Below, piece by piece: positions 46,455 through 55,958 of a stretch of DNA of 64,000 nucleotides. The translations under genes were made by a program, and so were the position numbers. The stretch comes from Eubacteriales bacterium (lineage in GTDB: Bacteria; Bacillota; Clostridia; Oscillospirales; SIG627), in contig JAZSAT010000011.1 in the NCBI GenBank assembly GCA_045602025.1, forward strand, positions 11,173 to 75,172. Direction: 5' to 3'. The notes under the pieces were generated by a model. That model had not been told where the DNA came from, ran no database searches, and saw only the letters and a program-made list of their open reading frames with translations. Each line of letters opens with the position of its first letter. The first letter of the stretch is position 1.

Positions 46455-47146
46455 CAGAAAAGCAGAAAAAGATCGTGGGCTTTTTTGCAGGCCTTTTGGC
46501 GATTTTGTTTTTACTTTTGATCACTGCTTTTTTGGGAAAGCCCTTGATGGCTCTCACCTCCGATCCCGGTGCTCTGAAGGAGTTTGCAAAGGCCCACGGC
46601 TTTTGGGCGGAGATCGTCTTTGTGGGGATGGTTGTCTTTCAGGTTGTTATTGCTCTGATTCCCGGGGAGCCCTTAGAAATTGCTGCAGGGGTAGCCTTCG
46701 GAAGCCTGGAAGGAACGCTTCTTTGCCTTTGCGGGATTTTCCTTGGCAGTATGATCGTTTTTCTTCTTGTAAGAAAGCTCGGTGTCAGGCTTGTGGAGGT
46801 ATTTTTCCCGATTGAAAAAATTCGATCTCTGCGTTTTTTGCAGAAAGGGAAACGCTTTGATGCCTTTCTTTTTCTTATTTTGATGATCCCGGGCACGCCC
46901 AAGGACCTGATCAGCTATTTTGTACCCTTAACCAAAATTAAAATGAGCCAGTGGCTTATTCTAACTACCTTTGCCCGTATTCCCTCGGTGGTTACCTCTA
47001 CCGTCGGAGGGTCTGCTTTGCGGGACGGGCGGTACCTTTTTGCGGTGATCCTCTTTGCTGTGACCGCTGCCGTAAGTATAATAGGCGCGATTTTATTCGA
47101 TAAATTTCTTCAGCATCGCAGAAAGAAAAAAGAGAAGAGATCATAA
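46451..47146 (+). CDS. TVP38/DedA (VTT) membrane protein
   Basis: QVVIALIPGEP, IPGTPKD, RIP. Confidence 0.85.
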   Translation: MTEKQKKIVGFFAGLLAILFLLLITAFLGKPLMALTSDPGALKEFAKAHGFWAEIVFVGMVVFQVVIALIPGEPLEIAAGVAFGSLEGTLLCLCGIFLGSMIVFLLVRKLGVRLVEVFFPIEKIRSLRFLQKGKRFDAFLFLILMIPGTPKDLISYFVPLTKIKMSQWLILTTFARIPSVVTSTVGGSALRDGRYLFAVILFAVTAAVSIIGAILFDKFLQHRRKKKEKRS

Positions 47147-47156
47147 GGAGGTTTTT

Positions 47157-49958
47157 ATGCTCCAAATCAAAAATTTAACAAAGATATACAAACCGAAAAA
47201 AGGGGTTCCCGTAACCGCTCTGGATCATGTATCCCTTACCCTTCCCGAAAAGGGTATGGTATTCCTTCTCGGCAAAAGCGGAAGCGGCAAAAGCACTCTG
47301 CTGAATCTCCTCGGCGGTCTTGATTCCTTCGATTCCGGTGAGATCATTATTTCCGGTGAAAAGACAGATTCTTTTCGTCAGTCGGATTTTGTCTCTTACC
47401 GCAATACGCTGGTAGGCTTTATTTTTCAGGAATACAATGTTCTGGAAGAATTTACCGTAGGGGCAAATATTGCTCTTGCTTTGGAATTGCAAGGCAAAAA
47501 AGCCACAGACGAAGAGATCGGGAAAATTCTCGATAGGGTCGACCTTTCAGGCTTTGGCAACCGCCGTCCCAATGAGCTTTCCGGCGGTCAGAAGCAGAGA
47601 GTTGCCATTGCCCGTGCTTTGGTGAAAAATCCCAAGATCATTATGGCAGATGAGCCTACGGGCGCATTGGATTCCGTAACGGGCCGTCAGATCCTGGATA
47701 CCTTGAAAAAGCTCTCCGCGGAAAAGCTTGTGATCGTCGTTTCCCACGATAGGGATTTTGCCGAAAAGTATGCGGATCGTATCATTGAGCTTTCCGACGG
47801 CAAGGTCATTTCCGATATGGAGTATGAAAACGAAGCCTTTGCCTTTGAGGAAAAAGGCATATCCTACGGAGAAAACGAAATTACCGTTTCCGCAGGATAT
47901 CACTTAACGGAGGAAGACAGAGAGGCGATCAATGCTTATCTGGACGCTCTTTCCCATGGGGAAAAGGCGCGCATTTTACCGAAGCAATCGGGCAGAAAAA
48001 AGCATGAGACTCGGGAAGAGAAAATTGTAGTTTCAAAAGAAAAACTGGAATTGATTCCCTCAAAGCTTCCCATCAAGCCGGCTTTTCGCATCGGTGCGGG
48101 TGCATTGAAGCACAAAAAGATCCGCCTTGTATTCACGATCTTCCTTTCCTGTATCGCTTTTGGACTCTTCGGTCTTGCGGATACCTTCGGCGCATACGAT
48201 CATATCACTACCTGTGTCAGGAGTATTCTTGACAGCAAGATCTCTTACGCTTCTGTCAGAAGAGAGGAGAAGGTCTGGTATGAAAACGGTGACAAAAAAG
48301 ATTATTATATGACCGACGGCGGCCGGATCAAGGAGGAAGAGCTTCTTGAGATCGGCAAAAAAACAGATGTTGTTTTGGAGGGAGTCTTCACTCCTTACGG
48401 TCAAAATCTGAATTTTTCCCATTTGTACGATGGGGATGCGGAATTTACCAAGTCCGAATTTCATATTTATCCCTATTATTTTAACGGCTTTGCGAAAGCG
48501 GACGAAAAAAACCTTTCGGAAATGGGCCACACCCTTCTTGCGGGCAGAATGCCTCAGGCAGGGAAAGGGGAAATTGTCATCACCTCTTATGTTTGTGAGA
48601 CCTTTATGATCGGCGGCTTTGCCAAAACGGGTGAAGACGGAAAGATCACCTATGAAAAGGTAAGAGGTCCCGAGGATATGCTGGGCAAGATCTTTACCCT
48701 TTCCGAAAAGGAGTACACCGTTGTAGGTGTGGTGGACTGCGGCTTTGATCTGGAACGGTACCGTCCCCTTACCGAAGAGGTGCTGGACGAATCCACCGCA
48801 GATCTTCTGATCTCTTATGCGCTCAGTCAGGAGCTTAGCGGCATTCGCGAGTATTCTCTCGCACAGGTGGCTTTTGTCCACGAAGAGGACCTTGCCGAAA
48901 TGGCAGCCGCACAGCCCGGCTTCAGCCAAGGTGCAGACGGGCATTTTTCCGCCGAGTGGTATGAAGGAAACAATAAGGATAATTGGTATGGGATCTGGGC
49001 GGAGAATTTCGGCACCTTGAAGGATACAAAAGGGTATACTGTTCTCTGGACGGAAGGAGAAAAAGAAACTCTTGCAGAAAACGAGATGATCCTGTCCCTG
49101 AGATGCGCCATGGAAAATTTAGGCATCTCTCTTTCTCCCGAAGCTTATGACGAAAAGGGGGAAGTCAATTATAAAACCCTTACGGAAGAAGATAAGAAAA
49201 TGCTTCTGTCTGCCGTGAGAGATCTTCCGGCCATGACCATTATTTCCCATAGCTATCACGATTATGAAAACACTGCAAAAACCGTTGAAAACGGCAAGGT
49301 GGTGGGAATCCTTCTTCCTTCCGAAGGGCTCTATGATCCCGGCAGCGTGATCATTGCCTCCAATGAACTGATGAAAAATGTGATCCGTCTGGACGACGGC
49401 ATCTATCAATACGCAGTGGGTAAAATGCCTGAGGAGACAGCCTCTCTTCGCCCCCTTGTGGAATTTTGCTACGATGAAAAGGGTGATGTGGCGTTCCCCT
49501 TGCAGAACTCCGTTTGCTTTGAGCTGGACGGCATCCATGAAATGCTGCAAATCTTAGCCAAGGTGTTCCTTTGGGTCGGAGTTGGCTTTGCCCTGTTTGC
49601 AGCCCTGATGCTCTCTAACTTTATTTCCACCAGTATTATTTACAAAAAACAGCAGATCGGTATTCTTCGTGCCATCGGTGCAAGAAGCAGCGATGTATTC
49701 CGCATTTTCTTCTCGGAAAGCTTCGTCATTGCTATGATCAACTTTGTTCTTTCCGCTGCGGGAACCTTTATCGCGGTAACCTTGATCAATTATTTCATTC
49801 GCAGTGAAACGGGTATTTTGATCACCATTCTTACCTTCTCTGTAAGACAGGTGCTGTTGCTGCTTCTCGTCAGCCTTCTGGTGGCGGCTGTGGCAAGCTT
49901 TATTCCCGTGAAAAAGATTGCATCCAAAAAGCCCATCGATGCCATTCGAGGCCGATAA
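47157..49958 (+). CDS. MacB-like fused ABC transporter ATPase/permease
   Basis: GKSGSGKST, LSGGQKQR, ADEPTG; FtsX-like C-terminus IGILRAIGA. Confidence 0.92.
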   Translation: MLQIKNLTKIYKPKKGVPVTALDHVSLTLPEKGMVFLLGKSGSGKSTLLNLLGGLDSFDSGEIIISGEKTDSFRQSDFVSYRNTLVGFIFQEYNVLEEFTVGANIALALELQGKKATDEEIGKILDRVDLSGFGNRRPNELSGGQKQRVAIARALVKNPKIIMADEPTGALDSVTGRQILDTLKKLSAEKLVIVVSHDRDFAEKYADRIIELSDGKVISDMEYENEAFAFEEKGISYGENEITVSAGYHLTEEDREAINAYLDALSHGEKARILPKQSGRKKHETREEKIVVSKEKLELIPSKLPIKPAFRIGAGALKHKKIRLVFTIFLSCIAFGLFGLADTFGAYDHITTCVRSILDSKISYASVRREEKVWYENGDKKDYYMTDGGRIKEEELLEIGKKTDVVLEGVFTPYGQNLNFSHLYDGDAEFTKSEFHIYPYYFNGFAKADEKNLSEMGHTLLAGRMPQAGKGEIVITSYVCETFMIGGFAKTGEDGKITYEKVRGPEDMLGKIFTLSEKEYTVVGVVDCGFDLERYRPLTEEVLDESTADLLISYALSQELSGIREYSLAQVAFVHEEDLAEMAAAQPGFSQGADGHFSAEWYEGNNKDNWYGIWAENFGTLKDTKGYTVLWTEGEKETLAENEMILSLRCAMENLGISLSPEAYDEKGEVNYKTLTEEDKKMLLSAVRDLPAMTIISHSYHDYENTAKTVENGKVVGILLPSEGLYDPGSVIIASNELMKNVIRLDDGIYQYAVGKMPEETASLRPLVEFCYDEKGDVAFPLQNSVCFELDGIHEMLQILAKVFLWVGVGFALFAALMLSNFISTSIIYKKQQIGILRAIGARSSDVFRIFFSESFVIAMINFVLSAAGTFIAVTLINYFIRSETGILITILTFSVRQVLLLLLVSLLVAAVASFIPVKKIASKKPIDAIRGR

Positions 49959-49960
49959 CA

Positions 49961-49996
49961 AAAAACTCCGTTTGCACAGCAAACGGAGTTTTCTTT
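49961..49996 (+). terminator. Intrinsic terminator
   Basis: AAAACTCCGTTTGC-aca-GCAAACGGAGTTTT. Confidence 0.8.
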
Positions 49997-50056
49997 TCCT
50001 TGACTTTCGGGCAACATCTGATAAAATAGATCTATCGAAAACAAAGAGGATTTTAT

Positions 50057-50692
50057 ATGAAAACAGATATTTATTTGATCCGTCACGGTCAATCAGAAGG
50101 AAATCTCCACGATCTTTTTCTCGGACATACGGATCTTGATTTAACTCCCCTTGGCAAAAAGCAGGCGGAGAGGGTCGCAAGCTATTTGGAAAATATTTCT
50201 GTTGACAAGATCTATTCCAGTGACCTTTTGCGCGCCTTTCATACCGCCCTTCCCTTGGCAGAGAAAAAGGGCCTTTCCATTTTGAAAAGAAAAGACCTGC
50301 GGGAGATCTATGCGGGGCTTTGGGACGGACTTGCCGTTTCCGAGCTTCGGGAAAAATATCCCGAAAGCTGCCACATCTGGTGGCACGATACGGGCCTTGC
50401 CCGCCCCGATGGCGGTGAAAGTGTAGAGGAGCTCCAAAAAAGGGTTCTTTCCGCCGTTTATGAAATTGCCGAGGAAAACATAGGAAAAAAGGTCTGTATT
50501 TTCACCCATTTTACTCCCATTTATGCACTAAAGACCGCCTGGTCAGGCGCGCCCCTTTCGGAAATGAAAAATATGCCCAAGCCCCAAAACGCCTCCGTGA
50601 CCCACGTCCTTTACGAAAAGGGCGAGTTTGAAATTGCAGAATACGCCTACAACGGCTATCTTGGGGATCTGGCATCCAATTTCTTCGGTTGA
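50057..50692 (+). CDS. Histidine phosphatase (phosphoglycerate mutase-like) family protein
   Basis: LIRHGQS, SSDLLRA, LRE, GES, TH. Confidence 0.9.
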   Translation: MKTDIYLIRHGQSEGNLHDLFLGHTDLDLTPLGKKQAERVASYLENISVDKIYSSDLLRAFHTALPLAEKKGLSILKRKDLREIYAGLWDGLAVSELREKYPESCHIWWHDTGLARPDGGESVEELQKRVLSAVYEIAEENIGKKVCIFTHFTPIYALKTAWSGAPLSEMKNMPKPQNASVTHVLYEKGEFEIAEYAYNGYLGDLASNFFG

Positions 50693-50715
50693 TTTTAGAT
50701 AAAAGGAGTTTTTTT

Positions 50716-51045
50716 ATGTCAGCTTCTGTATTGACACTGCTGATCGGAATTCTTTGTATTTTTCTTGGACTTCAGAATATGAAAGGGAATATCTCCTCCC
50801 TCCATTCCTATCACAGGCACAGAGTGTCTGAAGAGGATCGGCTTCCCTTTGGTAAAAAAGTGGGCCTTGGTACGGTCATCATCGGTGCGGGGATCTCCTT
50901 TTTTGGTGTTTTTTCTGCCTTGACCCTTTATACCGATCGGTCGATTTTTATTTTGGTCGGCACAGCGGTTCTGATTATAACCCTTGTGGTGGGACTGGGA
51001 CTCAGTTTTTACGCAATGATAAAATACAATAAGGGTATTTTTTAA
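50716..51045 (+). CDS. Small membrane protein
   Basis: Three TM segments, GNISSLHSYH motif, ends KYNKGIF; AAGGAG RBS. Confidence 0.7.
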   Translation: MSASVLTLLIGILCIFLGLQNMKGNISSLHSYHRHRVSEEDRLPFGKKVGLGTVIIGAGISFFGVFSALTLYTDRSIFILVGTAVLIITLVVGLGLSFYAMIKYNKGIF

Positions 51046-51159
51046 TCAAAAAAGAATGGAGCAACCCAAAGTTTACAATTAGAAACGCCGGATTGGTAGT
51101 ATGTTTTTGCTGTGCATTCTATAATAAGCACAACACACAAAAGCATAAGGAGAAGAAAT

Positions 51160-51558
51160 ATGACTCTTGGCGAAAAAATCGCAAAACAAAGAAAAGAATT
51201 GAATTTTACACAGGAGCAGCTTGCTGAGATCCTCTGTGTATCCCGCCAGTCTGTCAGCAAATGGGAGTCGGACCTCGCCTTCCCCGAAACCGAAAAACTC
51301 CTTGAACTTGGGAAACTCTTTGACTGTTCCATGGATTATCTTTTGAAAGAAGAGATTACGGGTAAAAGCGGTGTGCAAACACCCGGCTTTGCCGAAAAAG
51401 TCGAAGAGGTCAGCCGAAAGGTAATGACGGAGAAAAACAAGGGGAAATTAAAGAAAATGCTAAAGGTCATCGGTATTGTTTTGGCGGCTCTTTTGGCGGT
51501 GGATATTGTTTCGCTGATATTGTATCTTTTTGTTTTAGGTATGCGTCTCATTAAATAA
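51160..51558 (+). CDS. XRE-family HTH regulator with C-terminal TM
   Basis: TQEQLAE.LCVSRQSVSKWES...PE. Confidence 0.85.
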   Translation: MTLGEKIAKQRKELNFTQEQLAEILCVSRQSVSKWESDLAFPETEKLLELGKLFDCSMDYLLKEEITGKSGVQTPGFAEKVEEVSRKVMTEKNKGKLKKMLKVIGIVLAALLAVDIVSLILYLFVLGMRLIK

Positions 51559-51577
51559 GAATTTGCGAGGTGTTGGT

Positions 51578-51745
51578 ATGAAAAAGTTTTTTCAAGTAAT
51601 TTGTTGTGCGGTAGGCAGTGGAATGATTGGTTTCTTTTCAAGTGAGTTGAACACAGTAGTTGGATGTGTGTTTTTCACGCTTGGTGTTGCTTTGCTTGTT
51701 GGTTCCATCATTTTGGTGTCAAAACAGGATAAAGAGGACAAGTAA
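51578..51745 (+). CDS. Small two-TM protein
   Basis: 55 aa, hydrophobic, GAGGTG RBS. Confidence 0.55.
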   Translation: MKKFFQVICCAVGSGMIGFFSSELNTVVGCVFFTLGVALLVGSIILVSKQDKEDK

Positions 51746-51873
51746 ATCCCAATATGTCTAACAGTTAGGAAAATAAGAAATTGCCTCCACCACATCAAAA
51801 ATGGGGGGTGGCTTGACAGTCCATTGACGGTTTTCCTTCATTGCCGTAGAATGATGGGCGGAGGGGAACCGAT

Positions 51874-52875
51874 ATGACTGATAAAAAAACACTTGGCTCG
51901 TTCATTAAAGCGAAACGAACCGAGAAAAATTATTCACAAAAGGATTTGGCTGAAATATTGTTTGTTACCGAGGGTGCGATCAGCAAATGGGAACGAGGTG
52001 TGTCATATCCTGATATTACATTGATTGCTGATATCTGCCGTGTCCTTGAGATAAGCGAACATGAATTGATTACTGCGTCAACTGATATGGACACACGAAA
52101 AATGAAACAAGAGGCTCGAAAGTTCCGTACTATTCGTGACACCTGGTTTTGGGCCCCGACAATAGCCTATGGCGTTACGCTAATTACCTGTCTCATTTGT
52201 AATCTTGCAGTAAACCATATGCTTTCTTGGTTTTTTGTTTTGTTGGCCGCATTGATTTGCGCTTTTACCTTTGTACCCACAGTTACCAGTTTTTTTGAGA
52301 CGAAAAAGCTGCTTGCTTTCTCTGTTTCAACATATCTGTCTATTTGCCTGCTTTTATTTACTTGTGCGGTATACACCAACGATCTGACTTGGTTCTTGAC
52401 TGCTGCTATTGGTGTCTTGATGGGGTATGTGATGGTATTTGTACCTGTCTTACTAAAAAGAACGAATTATTCGAGGTATAAGTATATCATATCCTTTTCC
52501 GCACTATTTGCATTGACTGTTTTGATGATGTTGCACATCCGTATTTGGCACCCGTTTATGCTTGGTAAGGCAATGTTGCTGGCTGGTTACGGCTTTGTAC
52601 CAGTAATTGCTTGTGCGGTGATATGTGCCTTCAGATTTAACGCATTTCTTAAGGCAGGAATCTGTACCACAGTCATTGGAATCATACTTTATTGCGCAAA
52701 TTATGTCATTGCAGCCTTGTTTGGCCCACCTGATAACAAACCCTATCAGGTGGATTTCCAAAACTGGAAACAATGCCTGGATGGAAATGTTCACTTCATC
52801 ATGTTGATGTTGTTCTTGTTGGTGAGCATCATCTTATTTATGATAGGATTTTTTAGAGTTAGAAGAAACAATTAG
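51874..52875 (+). CDS. XRE-family HTH regulator fused to a polytopic membrane domain
   Basis: SQKDLAE.LFVTEGAISKWERG.SYPD followed by about eight TM segments. Confidence 0.85.
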   Translation: MTDKKTLGSFIKAKRTEKNYSQKDLAEILFVTEGAISKWERGVSYPDITLIADICRVLEISEHELITASTDMDTRKMKQEARKFRTIRDTWFWAPTIAYGVTLITCLICNLAVNHMLSWFFVLLAALICAFTFVPTVTSFFETKKLLAFSVSTYLSICLLLFTCAVYTNDLTWFLTAAIGVLMGYVMVFVPVLLKRTNYSRYKYIISFSALFALTVLMMLHIRIWHPFMLGKAMLLAGYGFVPVIACAVICAFRFNAFLKAGICTTVIGIILYCANYVIAALFGPPDNKPYQVDFQNWKQCLDGNVHFIMLMLFLLVSIILFMIGFFRVRRNN

Positions 52876-52951
52876 ATAAATTAAAGTTTGTCGAAAAGTT
52901 TTGAGCGATGGGTAATCCCCATCTTTTTCCACCCGAAAGTTTTCGGAAGTT

Positions 52952-53071
52952 TGAAACCCTTTTTCAAAAGGGTTTCATATCAGATTAAAAATAAAAAAAG
53001 AGCCCGATTGGGCTCTTTTTTGCGCCTTCTCCAGTGGGAGAAGGGGGACCGCTTGCGGTGGATGAGGTGTT
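52952..53071. repeat. Cluster of REP-like hairpins and a terminator
   Basis: TGAAACCCTTTT-tc-AAAAGGGTTTCA; AAAAAAGAGCCC-gatt-GGGCTCTTTTTT; CCTTCTCC-agtg-GGAGAAGG; ACCGC-tt-GCGGT. Confidence 0.6.
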
Positions 53072-53680
53072 TTAACACCCGCAAGGCTTGTCAAAGCTGG
53101 GGTTAAATGCGTAGAAGTTCTTTTCGTCCATTCTGTCGGTGGCAATGCGAAGCGCATCACCGAATCTCTGATAGTGAACGATCTCTCTTTCTCTCAGATA
53201 TTTGATGGGATCTCTGACATCGGGGTCGGAAACCAGGCGAAGAATGTTGTCGTAGGTGACTCTTGCCTTCTGCTCGGCGGCAAGGTCCTCGTTCAGATCG
53301 GCGAGAAGATCGCCCTTTACACCGATATACTTCATATCACAGGGAACCCCTGCGGCAGAAGCGGGATAGATCCCCGCGGTGTGATCGACAAAATACTGAT
53401 CCATTCCCGCTTTGCGAATCTCATCGGGAGAAAGGCCCTTTGTCAATTGATACAAAATAGCACCGATCATTTCAAGGTGTGCAAGCTCCTCTGTGCCTAC
53501 ATCCGTTAAGATGCCGATTACTTCGTTATAAGGGGCAGAGTAACGCTGATTCAAATAGCGCATGGCAGCGGCCAGCTCTCCGTCGGGTCCGCCAAGCTGA
53601 CTGATGATGATCTTGGCATAGGCGGCATTGGGGTTTTTGATCCTTACCGGGTATTGGAGTTTTTTCTCATAAGCCCACAT
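53072..53680 (-). CDS. cotJC: Spore coat manganese catalase-family protein
   Basis: MW.YEKKLQYPV, GGPDGE, GTEELAHLE, REIVHYQRFG. Confidence 0.92.
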   Translation of the reverse strand: MWAYEKKLQYPVRIKNPNAAYAKIIISQLGGPDGELAAAMRYLNQRYSAPYNEVIGILTDVGTEELAHLEMIGAILYQLTKGLSPDEIRKAGMDQYFVDHTAGIYPASAAGVPCDMKYIGVKGDLLADLNEDLAAEQKARVTYDNILRLVSDPDVRDPIKYLREREIVHYQRFGDALRIATDRMDEKNFYAFNPSFDKPCGC

Positions 53681-53681
53681 A

Positions 53682-53936
53682 TCAGTTCGCCTCCTTTTCC
53701 CAAGGCCACGGGGAATCTACCCAGTGCCAGCAGCTACTGTCACGGTTTCCGTAAAGGGTCAGCGGACCAAAGACTTCCTCGTATTTTTCCCGAAGGGCAA
53801 GGGAATTCTTTTTGTGCTGACAGTAATGGGAAAGTGCCTTTTGGCAGGTAGGGTGTCCGTTCAGGTACAGAGCGGTTTCATACAGAGCAAAATCCTCTGC
53901 CTGAATTTCTTTTAAAAGTGCAGTTTTTTGATCCAT
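53682..53936 (-). CDS. cotJB: Spore coat protein CotJB
   Basis: LYLNGHP, FGPLT, W.WVDSPWPWE. Confidence 0.9.
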   Translation of the reverse strand: MDQKTALLKEIQAEDFALYETALYLNGHPTCQKALSHYCQHKKNSLALREKYEEVFGPLTLYGNRDSSCWHWVDSPWPWEKEAN

Positions 53937-53937
53937 A

Positions 53938-54468
53938 TCAGCATCTCCGATCGCCGTAAAAAGGCTTGTTCAGATTGCAGAAAATGGTGCCGTTGCAAAG
54001 CCCTTGCCGAGGGTCGTAAAGTTCTTCATAGTTCTGATAGGGAGAATAGACCATTGCAAGGCTTCTTCCCTTTAAAATACCGTCGTTTTCCGCACCTCGG
54101 TTGCAGTCTGTGCAGCCGCAGTCGTTGGAACGGGTTACGGTAGTCTGTGTGCCGCCGCAACCGCAATCATTGGAACGGGTTACCGTAGTCTGTGTGCCAC
54201 CGCAGCCGCAGTCGGAGGTGCGGGTTACGGTAGTCTCTGTGCCGCCGCAGTCGCAGCCTGAGCGGGTGTTCCAGGCCTGTCTTTGGCAGGAAGCGCAGGA
54301 ACGGGTGCTCCAAGGCTGTCTTTGGCAAATATTATCGGAACGGGAGTTCCAGGACTGTCTTCGGCAGAAGCAGTCTGAGCGATTTTCGCCACAGCTGCCC
54401 GAACTCCATGCATTTGCCCGCGGACAGTTTCCATACTGCTGTCCGCATCGATAAAATGGATGATTCAA
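53938..54468 (-). CDS. cotJA: Spore coat protein CotJA with Cys-rich repeat extension
   Basis: C-terminal LAMVYSPYQ...LYD...GL..GTIF..LNKPF; operon position. Confidence 0.8.
   Translation of the reverse strand: MNHPFYRCGQQYGNCPRANAWSSGSCGENRSDCFCRRQSWNSRSDNICQRQPWSTRSCASCQRQAWNTRSGCDCGGTETTVTRTSDCGCGGTQTTVTRSNDCGCGGTQTTVTRSNDCGCTDCNRGAENDGILKGRSLAMVYSPYQNYEELYDPRQGLCNGTIFCNLNKPFYGDRRC
54112..54370 (-). repeat. Three 45-bp and three 39-bp coding tandem repeats
   Basis: CGGGTTAC at 54131/54176/54221; CGGG...CCA at 54263/54302/54341. Confidence 0.85.
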
Positions 54469-54534
54469 AATTATGATCCCCTTTTTTGTTTTTTGATACG
54501 GAGCATATCGCTCCGTGAGCCGTTGCTCAATTTC

Positions 54535-54560
54535 AGTATATGTTTTAAAAAGGGGCGAGT
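54535..54560 (-). promoter_or_regulatory. Possible mother-cell (sigma-K/sigma-E) promoter of cotJ
   Basis: Minus strand AC-16 bp-CATATACT. Confidence 0.4.
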
Positions 54561-54659
54561 TCTTTTAGAAGCGGCGGAAAAAGAGGCGTTTGAAAGCACG
54601 GGAGTATTTTTCCGTATTAAATGACAGGTATTTTCTTTGGTTTCAATGGAAAAAGAAAA

Positions 54660-55394
54660 TTATCCCAATACCACATCCATCGTCATCATCAGGGAAAAGC
54701 CGATGGCAAAGCTGAAAAGTCCCCATTCTTTTTTCTCTCCTTCCAGTGAGGGAATCAATTCATCCGCTACCACAAAAAGCATGGCACCTGCGGCAAAGGA
54801 TAGAATATAGGGAAGAAGAAAGGTAATAAACCTTGTGAGAATGAGGGCGAGGATCGCACCGACGGGTTCTACTGTTCCCGAAAGAACACCAAAGCCGGCG
54901 GCTTTTCTTTTTTTGATGCCACTCGCCACGAGAGGAGTGGATAAAATTGCCCCTTCGGGAAAGTTTTGCAGCGCGATCCCCACTGCAATGAGAAAAGCCT
55001 CGGCAAAAGAGAGGGATCCGCCGAATGCCCCTGCAAAGGCGACACCGACTGCCATTCCTTCCGGGATGTTGTGCAGGGTCACGGCAAAGAAAAGGTTTTT
55101 CTTAGTAACCTGTTTTTTTGCCATGTTCTTTTGCTTTTTGTCGCATAGAATGAAAAATCCCATTCCAAAAAGAAAGCCGATAACAGCCGGAAAAGGGGAG
55201 GGGGATAGCTCGATAGAAGGGATCAGAAGCGACCAGACCGAGGAAGCGATCATTACGCCTGCGGCAAAGCCAAAAAGACATTTTTTCAGTTTCTCCCCGA
55301 AACCCTTTTTGATGAAAAATACAGTTCCCGCTCCCAGCGATGTTCCCAAAAAAGGAAGCAGAATACCGATAAAAGTGAGAAGGGTAGGATTCAT
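54660..55394 (-). CDS. ZIP-family metal transporter (ZupT/GufA-like)
   Basis: GFAAGVM, LHNIPEG, LQNFPEG, FAAGAM...DELIP. Confidence 0.92.
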   Translation of the reverse strand: MNPTLLTFIGILLPFLGTSLGAGTVFFIKKGFGEKLKKCLFGFAAGVMIASSVWSLLIPSIELSPSPFPAVIGFLFGMGFFILCDKKQKNMAKKQVTKKNLFFAVTLHNIPEGMAVGVAFAGAFGGSLSFAEAFLIAVGIALQNFPEGAILSTPLVASGIKKRKAAGFGVLSGTVEPVGAILALILTRFITFLLPYILSFAAGAMLFVVADELIPSLEGEKKEWGLFSFAIGFSLMMTMDVVLG

Positions 55395-55639
55395 AACTAA
55401 CTCCGTTTTGTTTGATTGAAAGGGAATATACCTTTCTGAAACAGTGTATTCTTTTCGGAAAAAACTTGTGTGTTGTGTAAAATGAAGTAAAAAACGCCCG
55501 AAAAAATGCTTTTTTGTTGAAATATTCCTAAAAAAAGAACAAAATGTTAAGGAAAGTATTGCAATTTGTGAAAAGCTGTGCTAAAATAAAAGTAGCAATT
55601 ATTGCTAAAGAGAATTCTAATTTTTGGAGGATACTTATT

Positions 55640-55915
55640 ATGAATAAGACCGAACTGATTGCTGCTGCTGCAAGTGCAGCAAATGTATCTAAGAAGGACG
55701 CTGCTGCTGTTATCGACGCTGCTATCGCTGCTGTTACCGCTTCTCTTCAGAAGGGCGATAAGGTTCAGCTCATCGGCTTTGGCACTTTCGAAGCTCGCGC
55801 TCGCGCTGCTCGTCAGGGCAAGAACCCCAGAACCGGCGAAGTGATTAAGATCGCTGCTACCAAGGTTCCCGCATTCAAAGCAGGTGCTGCTCTTAAGAAC
55901 GCAGTCAACAAATAA
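55640..55915 (+). CDS. hup: DNA-binding protein HU
   Basis: [26 protein letters not shown]. Confidence 0.95.
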   Translation: MNKTELIAAAASAANVSKKDAAAVIDAAIAAVTASLQKGDKVQLIGFGTFEARARAARQGKNPRTGEVIKIAATKVPAFKAGAALKNAVNK

Positions 55916-55925
55916 GAAAAAAGAG

Positions 55926-55958
55926 AAAAGACCTTCGCAATCGCGAAGGTCTTTTTTT
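55926..55958. terminator. Bidirectional terminator
   Basis: AAAAGACCTTCGC...GCGAAGGTCTTTT. Confidence 0.8.

Noticed and set aside
50057-50692. The missing histidinol phosphatase
   Set aside because: The family name refers to its catalytic His (RHG); it is not linked to the his operon.
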